Made by a program: the position numbers and the translations under genes. This document shows, piece by piece, positions 1-12,017 of a DNA stretch of 64,000 nucleotides (within the stretch, counting starts at the first letter, position 1; each line of letters starts with the position of its first letter). The stretch lies in contig NC_086382.1 of the NCBI RefSeq assembly GCF_036588685.1, positions 50,325,378 through 50,389,377 on the forward strand, in the 5' to 3' direction. This DNA comes from Mytilus trossulus (Eukaryota). Below the pieces are notes generated by a model. That model was not told the DNA's origin. It did no database searches and was given only the letters and a program-made list of their open reading frames with translations.

Positions 1-182
1 TAATTTATAAGTTCATTAGACCACATTCATTCTGTGCCAGAAACCTATGCTGTGTCAACTACTTAATCACAATCCAAATTCAGAGCTGTATCAAGCTTGA
101 ATGTTGTGTCAATACTTGCCCCAACTGTTCAGGGTTTGACCACTGTGGTCGCATAAAGCTGTGCCCTGCAAAGCATCTGGTT
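1..182 (+). mobile_element. 3' terminal portion of family-1 satellite-bearing Helentron-like element (ends ...GCATCTGG+TT); window starts inside the element
   Basis: Same 3' terminal ~180 bp (cattctgtgccagaaacctatgctgtgtcaac...ggtcgcataaagctgtgccctgcaaagcatctggtt) recurs at 25250-25423, 29880-30046, 44750-44913, 45985-46152, 54410-54539 and 56120-56288. Confidence 0.6.
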
Positions 183-1263
183 GTGAGTGAATTTCAATAT
201 TTAAGGATTTTCTTAATTTTCTTTTACTCATACCAGTTTCCTACAAATATTCATGATTTGTGAAGTATTAAATTAGGACATCAAATTGTATGTCAACCAT
301 GACTATCTTTAATCTATCTGTCAGCAATTTGCAATTTTTCTTTCACTTGGGTCAATTTTGTCTTTCATTTACACCAATTTTGTACAGGTAAATAACAGGT
401 GAATGTTATTTTTTATTTATCATTATAAACCTCTTCCTTTAGCCAGTTGTTTATATATTATAAATCATCAATTACAATAATTATAGAAAAATAGAGGTAG
501 GTTGACTTTATACCTGGAAAATATGTGTCAGTTGACAGGTATGGCTGATGTATGATATAATTATCATACTAAATACTTCTTATAAGACATGTCAACTGAT
601 AAATCGATAAATAAATTAGATTGAGTACTTAAATTACAATAATATTTCAATAATATTCCTCTTTTGATATAGTCTAAAATATGTAATGCTACACAAATAA
701 CGTTGTAAATAAATAACTAGGTTTACAGAAAGGACATATCTAGTGCTGAATACCTGTGCCAGTGTACATGATATGTTCATCAATAACCTATATAGGACTA
801 ATAGCTTTACTTAAGTTAGCAATTTATTTGTGTTAAAGATCCTTGCACCTTATTTTTTCCATAAGGAAAAACATGGGTATCTTCCTAAATTTAGCCATGA
901 TTGATCGATTGATTTTGTCATTATGACTAGCATGAAATATTTGCTGCAGGAAGTTAAGTTAACAAACATCAAAAGTAAAATAACAAAATACAGAACTCCA
1001 AGAATTCAAAACAGAAAGTCTCTTATAAAATGGCAAAATCAAAAGCTCAAACACAGCAATCACATGGAAACCAACTGTCATATTCCTGACTATCTCAGGC
1101 ATTTCCTTATGTAACAAATTGTGGATTAAACTTGGTTTTATTGTATGAAAGTCACATAGAATTCTATTGTATTGACAACAATATGTGAGCACTTAATAGA
1201 TTTTTGGCTTTCAAGTTGGAAAACAAATTGTATTTTGTATTTGATTTGACATTTATTTTACAG

Positions 1264-1372
1264 GATGATGATCTGTTAGCAGAATTAGAAGAATTAGAAC
1301 AAGAGGAACTAGATCAACCCCTTGGAGAATATTTATTAGGGTTGAACTTGAATATGTATTTGACTGATATTG
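1264..1372 (+). CDS. Exon fragment resembling the C-terminal acidic helix of a CHMP4/Snf7-family ESCRT-III protein (DDDLLAELEELEQEELDQ); possibly a truncated or pseudogenised piece
   Basis: Acceptor ttattttacag at 1253-1263. The translation QDDDLLAELEELEQEELDQPLGEYLL closely matches the CHMP4B motif DEDELMAELEELEQEELDKNLL, recalled from memory. The reading frame runs into a MITE inserted at 1388. A possible GT donor lies at 1373. Confidence 0.35.
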
Positions 1373-1387
1373 GTAAAAATATTGATT

Positions 1388-1852
1388 TTATGCCCCACCT
1401 ACGATAGTAGAGAGGCATTATGTTTTCTGGTCTGTGCCTCTGTTCGTTCGTCTGTGCGTCCGTCTGTGCGTCCGTCCGTCCCACTTCAGGTTAAAGTTTT
1501 TGGTCAAGGTAGTTTTTGATGAAGTTGAAGTCCAATCAACTTGAAACTTAGTATACATGTGCCCTATGATATGATCTTTCTAATTTAAATGCCAAATTAG
1601 AGTTTTGACCCCAATTTAACGGTTCACTGAACATAGAAAATGATAGTGCAAATTTCAGGTTAAAGTTTTTGGTCAAGGTAGTTTTTGATAAAGTAGAAGT
1701 CCAATCAACTTGAAACTTAGTGTACATGTTCCCTTTGATAACATCATTCTTATTTAATGCCAAATTAGAGAATTTATTGCAAATTCACGGTCCACTAAAC
1801 ATAGAAATGATAGTGCGAGTGGGGCATCCGTGTACTGTGGACACATTCTTGG
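1388..1852 (+). mobile_element. Non-autonomous hairpin element family A. It has a 5' palindrome tatgccccac...gggcat, a (CGTC/TGTC)n microsatellite, two copies of a ~135-bp internal repeat, and a 3' end gtggggcatccgtgtac...cttgg+TT
   Basis: Termini atgccccacct and agtggggcat are inverted. The internal unit is duplicated at 1478-1620 and 1650-1790. A second copy lies at 13803-14080. Confidence 0.6.
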
Positions 1853-2303
1853 TTTTTTTTTAAAGTTGTGGTTGCTTGATATGCTGAATCTAGGTGTGTA
1901 TTTAGATTTTTAATATGTGCAAATTATTCAAGTCCCAAATTAAACTGTGTTTGATTTCATCTAAAGTTGAATTATTGATGTTCCTTGATATGCATAATCC
2001 AACAGTGTTTTGTGTTTTTGAATTTTGGCCTGTTTTTCAAAATGGTTTACATTAGGGTCCAAAGTATGCTGACCAGGTTTTCAGATCAAATACATCAAGA
2101 GACCCAGATCATGTGGGAAATAAAGCTAAGCTTCCAAATCAAAAATTATATTTGACTCCATTCAACTAGAAATGAGATCAAAGTTTAACATTTATTCATT
2201 TCCATTCATTTAGCGCTAATTCAAAAAAGACCAAGTCCTAAAAAGAGGTTGGTATATTAGATTTTGTATATTTCATATAATAACTGTTTTTGTTTTGTTG
2301 CAG

Positions 2304-2376
2304 ATGAAAGTGATCCATTGAAAAGATCAGTGGCTGAGAAAAATATTGAGAAGGAAAAACAAAGTGGCATGGATCA
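2304..2376 (+). CDS. SNAP-25-family Qbc-SNARE, linker exon (…ESDPLKRSVAEKNIEKEKQSGMD-Q)
   Basis: Acceptor tgttttgttgcag and donor ca|gtatgt. The exon joins in frame to the next exon, giving [19 protein letters not shown], which aligns to SNAP-25 EMDENLEQVSGIIGNLRHM. Confidence 0.55.
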
Positions 2377-2974
2377 GTATGTATTTGTATGATTCGATTG
2401 TCATTTAAAATTTTTCAAACCAGTAATATGATGAAGGATTTGGATGAAGGTGGATGATTTATAATTTAGTTATTACAATATGTTTAACCCTTGCTTGTTA
2501 AAATTATGAAATTATGGTATTGTGAACGTTTTTGTAAGAACTGAGATTTTCTCTTTAATGTAGTGTAATCATTGTTTAGTACAATATAAATGTCTAAAAA
2601 AAAAGATAAGTTTTGATAATTGATTGATTGATCGTTGGTGTTTACTATAAAACTGCTATATTAAACTACTTAGACCACTTGGTAACGAAGGCTCACTGTA
2701 CTGCTTTCACCAATGAGAAAAAATGCATGCCTCATAGTTAGCTAAGAATGGCCCAAAATGTAAAACAAATCATTTTCTATATGCAAAAGTTTGAGCTAAA
2801 CCTGATTGTCCTGACGAATAAAAGTTGATGAATGTATAATGAACAGTTGCTTTTGTTATTAGCAAGAAAAATTGTTTTTTTGTTCTATTTCGTTCTTGTA
2901 TTATGCTGCTGAATCAACAAATGAATTTAAGTTTCTACTCTCATTGAAAATCTTTTATAACTTCCATGTTTTAG

Positions 2975-3083
2975 GAACTTAGGCGATATAGCTTCAATGC
3001 TAGGAAACCTAAGACATATGGCTCTAGATATGGGAACTGAGATTTCAGAACAGAATGCACAACTGGATAGAATATCAACTAAG
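2975..3083 (+). CDS. SNAP-25-family Qbc-SNARE, C-terminal SNARE-motif exon ([36 protein letters not shown])
   Basis: Acceptor ccatgttttag and donor aag|gttagt. [19 protein letters not shown] matches the SNAP-25 Qc SNARE core MALDMGNEIDTQNRQIDRI, and the zero-layer Gln is conserved. Confidence 0.7.
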
Positions 3084-3720
3084 GTTAGTGATTTAAACTA
3101 AAATGAATAGATATATTTTCAGTAAGACAGGTCTGTAACAATGTTTCAATGCTGTAATAATTTATCATGTTTAATACTTTTAGTAGAACTTGTGTTTGTG
3201 TTTCACCAAGTTAGGAGATTGTGATATTAGAATACACAGAAATATGCTCTTGTATCTAAGGATTGAGGCTAAGTAGTTTGTTTGAGATGTCAATACTTTT
3301 TTTTGGTAAACTGTGTCAGAAAAATAGGACATTTAGATCTCTAAATCAACATATTTTTGTAACAGGATAGTTTTGTTTTCAAAATATAATACATTATAAA
3401 TGACAACTTTCGAGTTTGATGCATTTCCGTCAAAAAGTCTGGTTTTAGTGAACATCATTTGTGTGTTTAGTGGTATTGTCACTTCCTTTCCAATGTTGAC
3501 GGAGTGGTTGGCAAATTATAATACTATATTGCATGATTTATTCAGAAAACTAAATTCTCATAATTGACAATCAAGCACTGCTGTCATTAGGGAATTGTGA
3601 TTAAGTACTTACATAACAAAAAATATTTCTAGTTTATCCTGCACAATGACAATCACTAAGACGCTTGATATACGTTAATAGTGCAGGGATACAGGCAATC
3701 CCCTCTATATAGTAAATGAC

Positions 3721-5120
3721 ATCTGGAAGATGATGCCTCTGTTGAGGCATTGCTTGGTGTTTGGGCATAGATCCTCCAGGCATCTGGAAGGAGATGTATT
3801 TGTTGAGGCATTGCTTGGTGTTTGGGCATAGATCCTCCAGGCATCTGGAAGGAGATGTCTTTGTTGAGGCATTGCTTGGTGTTTGGGCATAGATCCTCCA
3901 GGCATCTGGAAGGAGATGTCTTTGTTGAGGCATTGCTTGGTGTTTGGGCATAGATCCTCCAGGCATTTGGAAGGAGATGTCTTTGTTGAGGCATTGCTTG
4001 GTGTTTGGGCATAGATCCTCCAGGCATCTAGAAGGAGATGTCTTTGTTGAGGCATTGCTTGGTGTTTGGGCATAGATCCTCCAGGCATCTGGAAGGAGAT
4101 GTCTTTGTTGAGGCATTGCTTGGTGTTTGGGCATAGATCCTCCAGGCATTAAGAAGGAGATGTCTTTGTTGAGGCATTGCTTGGTGTTTGGGCATAGATC
4201 CTCCAGGCATCTGGAAGGAGATGTCTTTGTTGAGGCATTGCTTGGTGTTTGGGCATAGATCCTCCAGGCATTTGGAAGGAGATGTCTTTGTTGAGGCATT
4301 GCTTGGTGTTTGGGCATAGATCCTCCAGGCATCTGGAAGGAGATGTCTTTGTTGAGGCATTGCTTGGTGTTTGGGCAAAGATCCTCCAGGCATTAAGAAG
4401 GAGATGTCTTTGTTGAGGCATTGCTTGGTGTTTGGGCATAGATCCTCCAGGCTTCTGGAAGGAGATGTCTTTGTTGAGGCATTGCTTGGTGTTTGGGCAT
4501 AGATCCTCCAGGCATCTGGAAGGAGATGTCTTTGTTGAGGCATTGCTTGGTGTTTGGGCATAGATCCTCCAGGCATCTGGAAGGAGATGTCTTTGTTGAG
4601 GCATTGCTTGGTGTTTGGGCATAGATCCTCCAGGCATCTAGAAGGAGATGTCTTTGTTGAGGCATTGCTTGGTGTTTGGGCATAGATCCTCCAGGCATTT
4701 GGAAGGAGATGTCTTTGTTGAGGCATTGCTTGGTGTTTGGGCATAGATCCTCCAGGCATCTAGAAGGAGATGTCTTTGTTGAGGCATTGCTTGGTGTTTG
4801 GGCATAGATCCTCCAGGCATCTGGAAGGAGATGTCTTTGTTGAGGCATTGCTTGGTGTTTGGGCATAGATCCTCCAGGCATTAAGAAGGAGATGTCTTTG
4901 TTGAGGCATTGCTTGGTGTTTGGGCATAGATCCTCCAGGCATCTGGAAGGAGATGTCTTTGTTGAGGCATTGCTTGGTGCATGAGCATAGATCCTCCGGC
5001 ATCTGGAAGGTGATGTGTTTGTTGAGGCATTGCTTGGTGCCGGGGCATAGATCCTCCAGGCATCTGGAAGGTGATGTCTTTGTTGAGGCATTGCTTGTTC
5101 CATGGACATTGATCCTCAAG
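3721..5120. repeat. 61-bp minisatellite, ~23 copies (unit ggcatctggaaggagatgtctttgttgaggcattgcttggtgtttgggcatagatcctccag), inside the SNAP-25-like intron
   Basis: Exact 61-bp periodicity across 1.4 kb. The long - strand ORFs (up to 243 aa) repeat every 61 aa, which is 3 x 61 nt read in all three frames, so they are artifacts. Confidence 0.9.
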
Positions 5121-5257
5121 GCACCATTTACCTTGAAAGTGTTCTTCATGAAAAATCTTGTTGTTTTTCACAATGAAATTTCAAAGATAGGAAATTTGAT
5201 GGATAAATAAGAAAGTAAGTTGTGGAGTGAACTGAATTATTTATTATATATTTTCAG

Positions 5258-5338
5258 AGTTTAGTATCTGACGGTCGATTACAAGCAGCTAACAAAAAAG
5301 CTATGAGAATTTTAGCCAATGACTCAAGTGACTCCAGT
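5258..5338 (+). CDS. SNAP-25-family Qbc-SNARE, exon encoding the end of the SNARE motif (SLVSDGRLQAANKKAMRILANDSSDSS)
   Basis: Acceptor tatattttcag, phase 0 continuation, donor agt|gtaagt. Aligns to SNAP-25 [20 protein letters not shown]. Confidence 0.6.
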
Positions 5339-6349
5339 GTAAGTACAGTAAAAAAGTTTTTGTGTTAAAGTCCTCCTTTTCTCAAAGAACACCCAGTGTT
5401 TATACAGTATAATCAGAGCATGTGCAGATAAGATTTAGGCAGGAGGAATCAAATCCATTTAAATTTAGACTTGAGTTTCCTAACAAAGTTGACCTTTAAT
5501 TAATCCCATATATTGATCTCTTAATTAGGGGAATTATAGGACTTTTACCTTAGTATGACTTTGGTATCACATTGACACAGTATGGAACACAATTTGATAG
5601 ATATAGGAAGATATGGTATTTTTGAGAATGAGACAACTCTTTATTCAAGTCACAATTTATAAAAGTAAATCATTATAGGTCAAGGTACAGTCTTCAATAC
5701 AGAGCCTTATTCACACGGAACAGCAAGCTATAAAGGGATCTAAAACACCAATACATCACAGGGGAAATGTTGCTAGGATGTAGCAATCTTGTTAAACTTG
5801 TTGTGCTTATGTTTGTGGAAAAACAGATTTGAAAGTCACTGATTTTTGATTTGCTTACATTTTCTGAAAGGTTCATGTAAAGCGATAATTGCTTGTGTAT
5901 TGTTTTGAAAGTAATATGATTTTAACAAATCATTGGAGAATACAACTCAATCTGAAGAATCAAAACTTGTCAGCTTTACTGAAGGATCATCATATCACAA
6001 AAAGAACAAAACAATGTTTTTTTTTAAAAGTTACTACAGTGAACATTATGTTCTACATTAAAATATACGTTGAGCTTCTTTTTTATAAATTTTCATACTT
6101 TTAAATACTTATCAGTGAATTCATTTAGGCCCCTTGATTCAGTCATACTTTCAACCAGTTTTCAGATTTTTCAGTAATTTTAGTCGAATACAATTGAGAA
6201 TGGAAATGTGTAATATGTCAAAGAGACAACAACCCGTTCAAAGAGTAAAATCTACCCTTTGACCTATCCTCACCAATTACATACCAAAAATTGCATCATA
6301 TAAGGAATTACCTTTGATATAATTATAATTTTTACATTTAATGTTATAG

Positions 6350-6434
6350 GAAGAAGAAAATGATATGTTTCCATCCATGAATATGACAAGAGGTTCAAAA
6401 CTGAAAGCTGTTGACAGTACTACTGAAAGAAGAG
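6350..6434 (+). CDS. Possible additional 3' coding exon of the SNAP-25-like gene (EEENDMFPSMNMTRGSKLKAVDSTTERR); uncertain
   Basis: Acceptor atgttatag|gaagaag in phase 0 and an open frame to the donor g|gtaaaa. It has no counterpart in canonical SNAP-25, so it may be UTR or an alternative exon. Confidence 0.25.
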
Positions 6435-6659
6435 GTAAAATCAGTCTTTTTCATGCTTAACATATCAAATATTTTATTGCTTAATTCATTGTATTGAATG
6501 TTTGTCTTTTTAGAAAAATATACTCAATTTCAATAATAGCATCATACTTAAGCTAAGAATTAATCATACCCCAACAATAATCTTACAACAACTCCTCTTG
6601 TTGTCACTGATGAACAACAGTCTTACAACTGTTCACCTGTTTTGTTACTTTATTTAGAC

Positions 6660-6868
6660 TACTGTAAATTCAGAAATTATTGCATGCATTTATTATTGCA
6701 ATTTTGTCATTTTAGACTTAAACGGAATTTTAATTTTTACAATTTGAGAAAAATCCTGTTAAATTCATATGAAATACTTCAAAATGCGAGTTTGAATTAT
6801 TGCGTTTACAACTCATTTGCATTTTTTGTAATAATAAAATCCTCGCATTAATTTCTGAATTTACAGTA
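6660..6868. mobile_element. Stowaway-like MITE (Tc1/mariner-type) with 24-bp TIR TACTGTAAATTCAGAAATTATTGC, copy 1
   Basis: Perfect terminal inverted repeats tactgtaaattcagaaattattgc and gcattaatttctgaatttacagta, flanked by TA. A second copy lies at 11073-11274. Confidence 0.75.
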
Positions 6869-7454
6869 ATACATACTTATGATATTATTTGTCCCTGTGA
6901 CCACCTGCAACACCTTTCATTATCTTTCATTTTTGGGATACGATTGCTGTCAAGCAATCTGTAGACTTTTACCATTGACCCTATGACACACTCCCTCACG
7001 TCACTCGTTTTATTCTAAACATTCGGCAACATCTCAGATTCTTATGATTGTCTTGCTTTAAAAGGTAAAAACAAGCAAAACAATTGAACATAAACAACTT
7101 TCCTGTAATGTTTTACTCATAATCTTCATGTATGATATTTTCCTTGACTTATCTGCGTGTTTTTAACAATACGGAAAATCAGAATTAAACAGTATTTATA
7201 TTTAGTGTTTTTATAAATTTAGAAACACGTCAGAGGGAATTCCCAAATTTTGATAACTTGCGAGAGTTCTCTGAAAGCCGATCGATAATTCTATTTCTGT
7301 CACAAGAACTGAAGTGGAGTATTTCTATATTTTACCGTTATGAAACTGATATTTGATACTGTACTCTCATAAAGAAATGGAGAACCATTCACCATATCAT
7401 TTAATAAACGTTCTTGTTCCAAATCGCAAGTCTCGGTTTGTTTATGTATTAATG

Positions 7455-8848
7455 TCCATGCGTGGTCTCACTAATTAGAGACAAAAAGAATTGTAGAGAC
7501 AAAAAGCGTCAAGAAGCGACAAGAAGAATAATATTAGCAACAAGAAACTATTTAGCGACAAGAAAACATTTTTTTATTTATATTACTTATTCGAAATAAA
7601 TATTAAAAAAATATGCAAAAGAAAACAATTTCAACGACAGGAAAGTTAATTTTGTTAGGGGGGAAAAATGAAACTTGTAAATCTAATTCAGTTGCTACAC
7701 TTATTTACATGCTATTTTATAAGGTATCACAGGAAGTATATTTTGTCTTTTTATTTGTTTTTAAAACCATTTTTGTACAATATATAATTAACTTGCAAAA
7801 TGCATTATTTGTGCATAATTGTCCAGAAAATTCATACACAAATTGTAAATACAAATTAAGAACTGAAATCAAACAAGAGGAAAACATGATTAAAATGTGA
7901 ATATTTTTCATCATTTTATTTAGTGTATTGTCTCATTTAACGATATTTATCATGTTTATGCATATAGATTGAAGATTAAAGGAAACTGATGACAATCTTG
8001 AGTTTTCAACAGGTGTTCACTATTCGGTACAATAATTTTATATTCTGGTGCGTGTAATTGATGAAGGTGTTAATGGATGTTATTGTTGCAATAAAACAAA
8101 GGACACGCACCTAGTTAATCTCATTTGTTGCTCTTAATTGTGTATTACCTTAGAGTGAAGCCACAGCTAATGTTGGTCCTATCAGGAAAAATTAATTGTA
8201 CAGTTAGGAAGGAAATAATATTTCATGTTTTTGTTTTATTAACCCTTTCCTCCATGGATTTTTTTTCTACACATACTTGATTCGCATAGGATTTTTTTCA
8301 ATAAGAAAAATTCATCAGGTTTAAAGCAATAATGCATTGTCAAAAACGAATATTTCATCAATGAAATTCAAGTCAGATATCCTCATAAATATTTTTTTCA
8401 TATTGGATACAAACTTTTTTAAGTCTGATGGAGACATTTAGTAGTCAAAGCATTTCAACTGAGGTGCTACACAGGCGTCAAAAGGTGTCATTATGGAGTA
8501 AAGGGGGTGGCGTCAAAAAGCGTCAATATGGAGGAAAGGGTTAAATCCTTCAAAAGGAAGGTGACAAATCTTTGTTTTTATTTTCATTTTATAGCGTTTA
8601 CATTTCCTTTGCTCTTACACATGTTTAATTTCTACATCTATCAATATGATAATAAAAAGTACACAATCTCTTCATCGATTTTTTTTTTATTTCTTCATCT
8701 TTCAATAGAAAAAATATTTTAATGTTTGTGATAACAAAATGTATTCTTGTCGCTAAATAGCTTCTTGTTGCTTTTTGTCACTTATTATTTTTCTTCTTGT
8801 CGCTTCTTGACGCTTTTTGTCGCTAATTAGTAAGACCCCACATGCGTG
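7455..8848. mobile_element. Non-autonomous DNA transposon (~1.4 kb) with ~90-bp TIRs (catgcgtgg tctcactaattagagacaaaaagcgtcaagaagcgacaagaag...)
   Basis: 7455-7560 is the reverse complement of 8740-8848 with a few mismatches. There is no coding ORF inside; the ORFs at 7613 and 8507 are AT-rich noise. Confidence 0.65.
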
Positions 8849-9179
8849 TAGTTTTCCTGATTTCAAGGGGTATCAGATTGAGTGATTCCCCGCTTCATTG
8901 ATTAATTTGAAACTCATGGGATTCTTTCTATGTCTGTCTGCATATGGAGGGCTATTGTTGTTGCATAATTTTAAATCACATGCATAATTTAAATTAAAAT
9001 AAATGTTTCATCGTAAAAATTACCTATAACACCCCTTCAGCAGAAATGGAATCTTCCATGTTATCGTTTCGAGTTGTCTCCCTTTTCGAAGTATTCGTCA
9101 AGAAGAATTAACTCGTTAATGCCGGTAAACGTCGTATTATATTAAGAACGATCTCAATGTAAACAGAGGAGTGTGTACG

Positions 9180-9434
9180 GAAAGGAGTCATGCCCTCTGA
9201 CCCAAAGGAACTTCAATAATTAAAGAGTAAGAAATGGGGGTTCCTCCTAAACTGGTCCGCCGTTCTATGTATAGCTTCGCACCGAAGGTCAGTGTAGCGA
9301 TAAGTGAACACAATATGATAGGGATCCAGTTTAGGGTTCCTCCTAGAATTACGGTGATAAGATACGGAAGCAAGTTAACTCGTACCATGGCATTGGAACC
9401 AAAAAAGTTAACTTGTACTACTGGGAAGTCGTAA
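9180..9434. other. Unusual GC-richer segment with overlapping ~66-aa ORFs on both strands, containing the direct repeats ggttcctcctaaactgg and ggttcctcctagaattacgg; identity unknown
   Basis: ORFs at 9188-9388(-) and 9234-9434(+). The - ORF (VILGGTLNWIPIILCSLIATLTFGAKLY) is hydrophobic and resembles a transmembrane segment. No splice signals or homology are recognised. Confidence 0.2.
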
Positions 9435-9572
9435 CATTCAGAAAAATATATAAAAAATATGATGTTTTATGGGTTTCTGTTTGTAAACTTAATAGAAATA
9501 AAGTTGAATTACTTGAATTTTACACAGGAGTTAAATGAAAACTTAGACAAAAATAAAGAATGTTTTAAAGCA

Positions 9573-9790
9573 TTAATGTTTTAACTGATCTTTCAAACTT
9601 AGAACATAGGCGGATTCAGCCCCCCCCCCCCCCCCCCCCCCCCCCCTTTTTTTGTGGAAAAAATTTGGTTGATAATAAAGGGAATCATTGAAGCATGACT
9701 GGAGCGGGCCCCCTCTTAGGTCAGTCAGCGGGCTCCCCCTTAGGAAAAGTTCTGGATCTGCCACTAGAACTTAATCCAGAGGAAAGTTAA
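9573..9790 (-). repeat. Dispersed repeat with internal 26-nt poly(C)/(G) tract; an inverted copy lies at 40690-40870 and a related copy at 27770-27910
   Basis: The reverse complement of 9573-9790 matches 40690-40870 (ggcggatccagaaattttcataagtgggggcccactgactgacctaagagggggccc...(C)n...taaatctgcc). Confidence 0.6.
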
Positions 9791-11072
9791 AACATTGCTT
9801 TAACTGTACCTTATTAAAATTGAACATGTTGAATATGTATATATCCAATTTAAGTTAATTAAAGCTGTAATCCATGACCACAAATTGAATGCTATGTTTA
9901 CAATTGTTGAAAGCCATGTGCTTTTTTTGCGGGGAAAATGCGGACCCCCTTAACAGGAATCAGTTAAATTTCATTGTTACATTTATTTATAGACAGTAAA
10001 AATAATTTTGGCAATCATTTTGACTAACTGCTAAGATTTTATTATTCATGAAAAATTTTCTTCGGGTGAAACTGTATATACCTTAATTATCTACATCTGC
10101 CACAGTATTTTCTATCCAATATACAAGGAACATAAGCTTCAAATTGGTCATTGTACTTTCAAATTATATACATTTTACAGACTTAAGAGGTATTGGGTGA
10201 AAGTAATAAAATCAACGGTACCAATTTTGTTGCACCAGATGCACATTTCGACAACACATGTCTCTTCAGTGATGCTCGTGGCCAAAATATTTGAAATCCA
10301 AAACTTATTTAAAGGATGAAGAGCTATAATCCAAAAGGTCCAAAAAGTATAGTCAAATTCTAGAAACGTATATCATGTATATTCATCATTTAACACCATT
10401 TGAATGCATTTAAATAAGTTGATACGAGTTAGCAATGGTTCGATTTTTCTTTTTTTAATGGTACGAGTTTACAATGGTACAGGATAACTATAATTCGACA
10501 AAACACAATAAGTACATGGCTCGTACACTTGTAACGGGGATTGGCTATTCTTTAAGTTGAGTGACTATTCAGATTGTTACATTTTGCATGTGCAGTTGAA
10601 TTAGTTTAGAGAATAATACTATCCAGCTGTACCAGGGTTACCGGCCAAAAATGCTTGAGACTCGCGCATGTTCATGCTTTTTTTGCAACAGTATTCTTGG
10701 ATCTATTTCTTTCCTCTTTGATCTTTTGAATTTTGGCCAAATCTCATGCATTTGTTTAATGAAAATTTGGCAGAACTGCTATACATGTGTCAATGAAAAC
10801 TATCGCAATCGTATCCCTCAGAGCATTCTGCTCTTTGATTACAATTATGTTTGTGATTTGCACAAATTTTGTCATTCTTACCTCCATCTTTTAGAAAGTT
10901 TGCTTCTCTCCATGCAGGTTATTAGTTGACTGTTGACAAGTAATGAAGAAAGTTAATGATGGCCATTATTGCTTGGTGTTTTTAAAATTCTAGTTGTTAC
11001 AAATACACACTATATATTTTACTAATTTGCTAACAATTCTAAAGTTCACCTTTAAATTCTCACCACAATGAT

Positions 11073-11274
11073 TACTGTAAATTCAGAAACTATTGCGTGC
11101 ATTTATTATTGCAATTTTAGTCTAAAATGCAATTTTAATTTTCATGATATTGAGAAGAATTCTGTTTAATTCATATACAAAATTTCAAAATGCAAATTTA
11201 AACTATTGCGATTATGACCCTGCCACATTTTTTGCAATAATAAAAACATCACAATAATTTCTGAAATTACAGTA
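11073..11274. mobile_element. Stowaway-like MITE, copy 2 (TIR tactgtaaattcagaaactattgc)
   Basis: Same TIRs and internal sequence as 6660-6868, with TA flanks. Confidence 0.75.
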
Positions 11275-11384
11275 TCATATAAATAATTATGGGTAAAGAA
11301 AAATGAAAGATGTATGATTAACTGCAGAGAAGTATGACATTCACTTCATGGGTAGTCAAGATAGTTACAATGAAGCCTTGTCAT

Positions 11385-11560
11385 CGTGTGCGCTATCTTT
11401 CTGCACAAGAGCTTTCCTTGACCATATCATTTTGCACATGAGTTTTCCTTGACCAAATCATTTTGCACATGAGTTTTCATTGACAGATTATGTTCTGCAC
11501 GAAAGCTTTCCTTGACTGAATTCTTTCTGCACAATCCCTTCCATTGACTGAAGTCTCCTT
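11385..11560. repeat. ~40-bp minisatellite (ttttgcacatgagttttccttgaccaaatca), 4-5 copies
   Basis: Tandem repetition is visible directly in the sequence. Confidence 0.7.
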
Positions 11561-12017
11561 CACTATTTGAATTTCCTGGGATATGCAGTGTATACATTGT
11601 TTATACCATACACTTATATCAACAGTGCATAGAGGATACAGCAATATCAACAAGCATATTTCTAACTCAGTCATTACAGACAGTGTAAAACAGTAAGTTG
11701 ATGTAGATTGATAATATTTCCTTTAAAAGTTTTCTTAGGGCTTAACAGACCTCACATGGAAAAAAAAGTTGAATGAGTAATTTTAATTTTGTAAAATAAA
11801 ATGCAAAATGTAGAAATTTTTATATTTTAAGTGTATCTGATATCATTTGTAATGAAAAACAAAAAAATCTTCTAAGTCTTCTAAAGTTCTGTCAACAGAT
11901 GTGTTTCTTTACGATATGTTCAGCTCTTAAACAGTGTCTATAAAGTTATAAATAAAAGCTTGTTTATATGCCTTTTTCTCATTTGAAGATTTAATTTTCA
12001 GAGAAGAGAATATAGGG

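Noticed and set aside
3634-5171. Cluster of overlapping 96-243-aa ORFs on both strands (MPGGSMPKHQAMPQQRHLL…)
   Set aside because: They arise from a 61-bp minisatellite read through all three frames (61 aa = 3 x 61 nt). No splice or start context is present, and they sit inside the SNAP-25-like intron.
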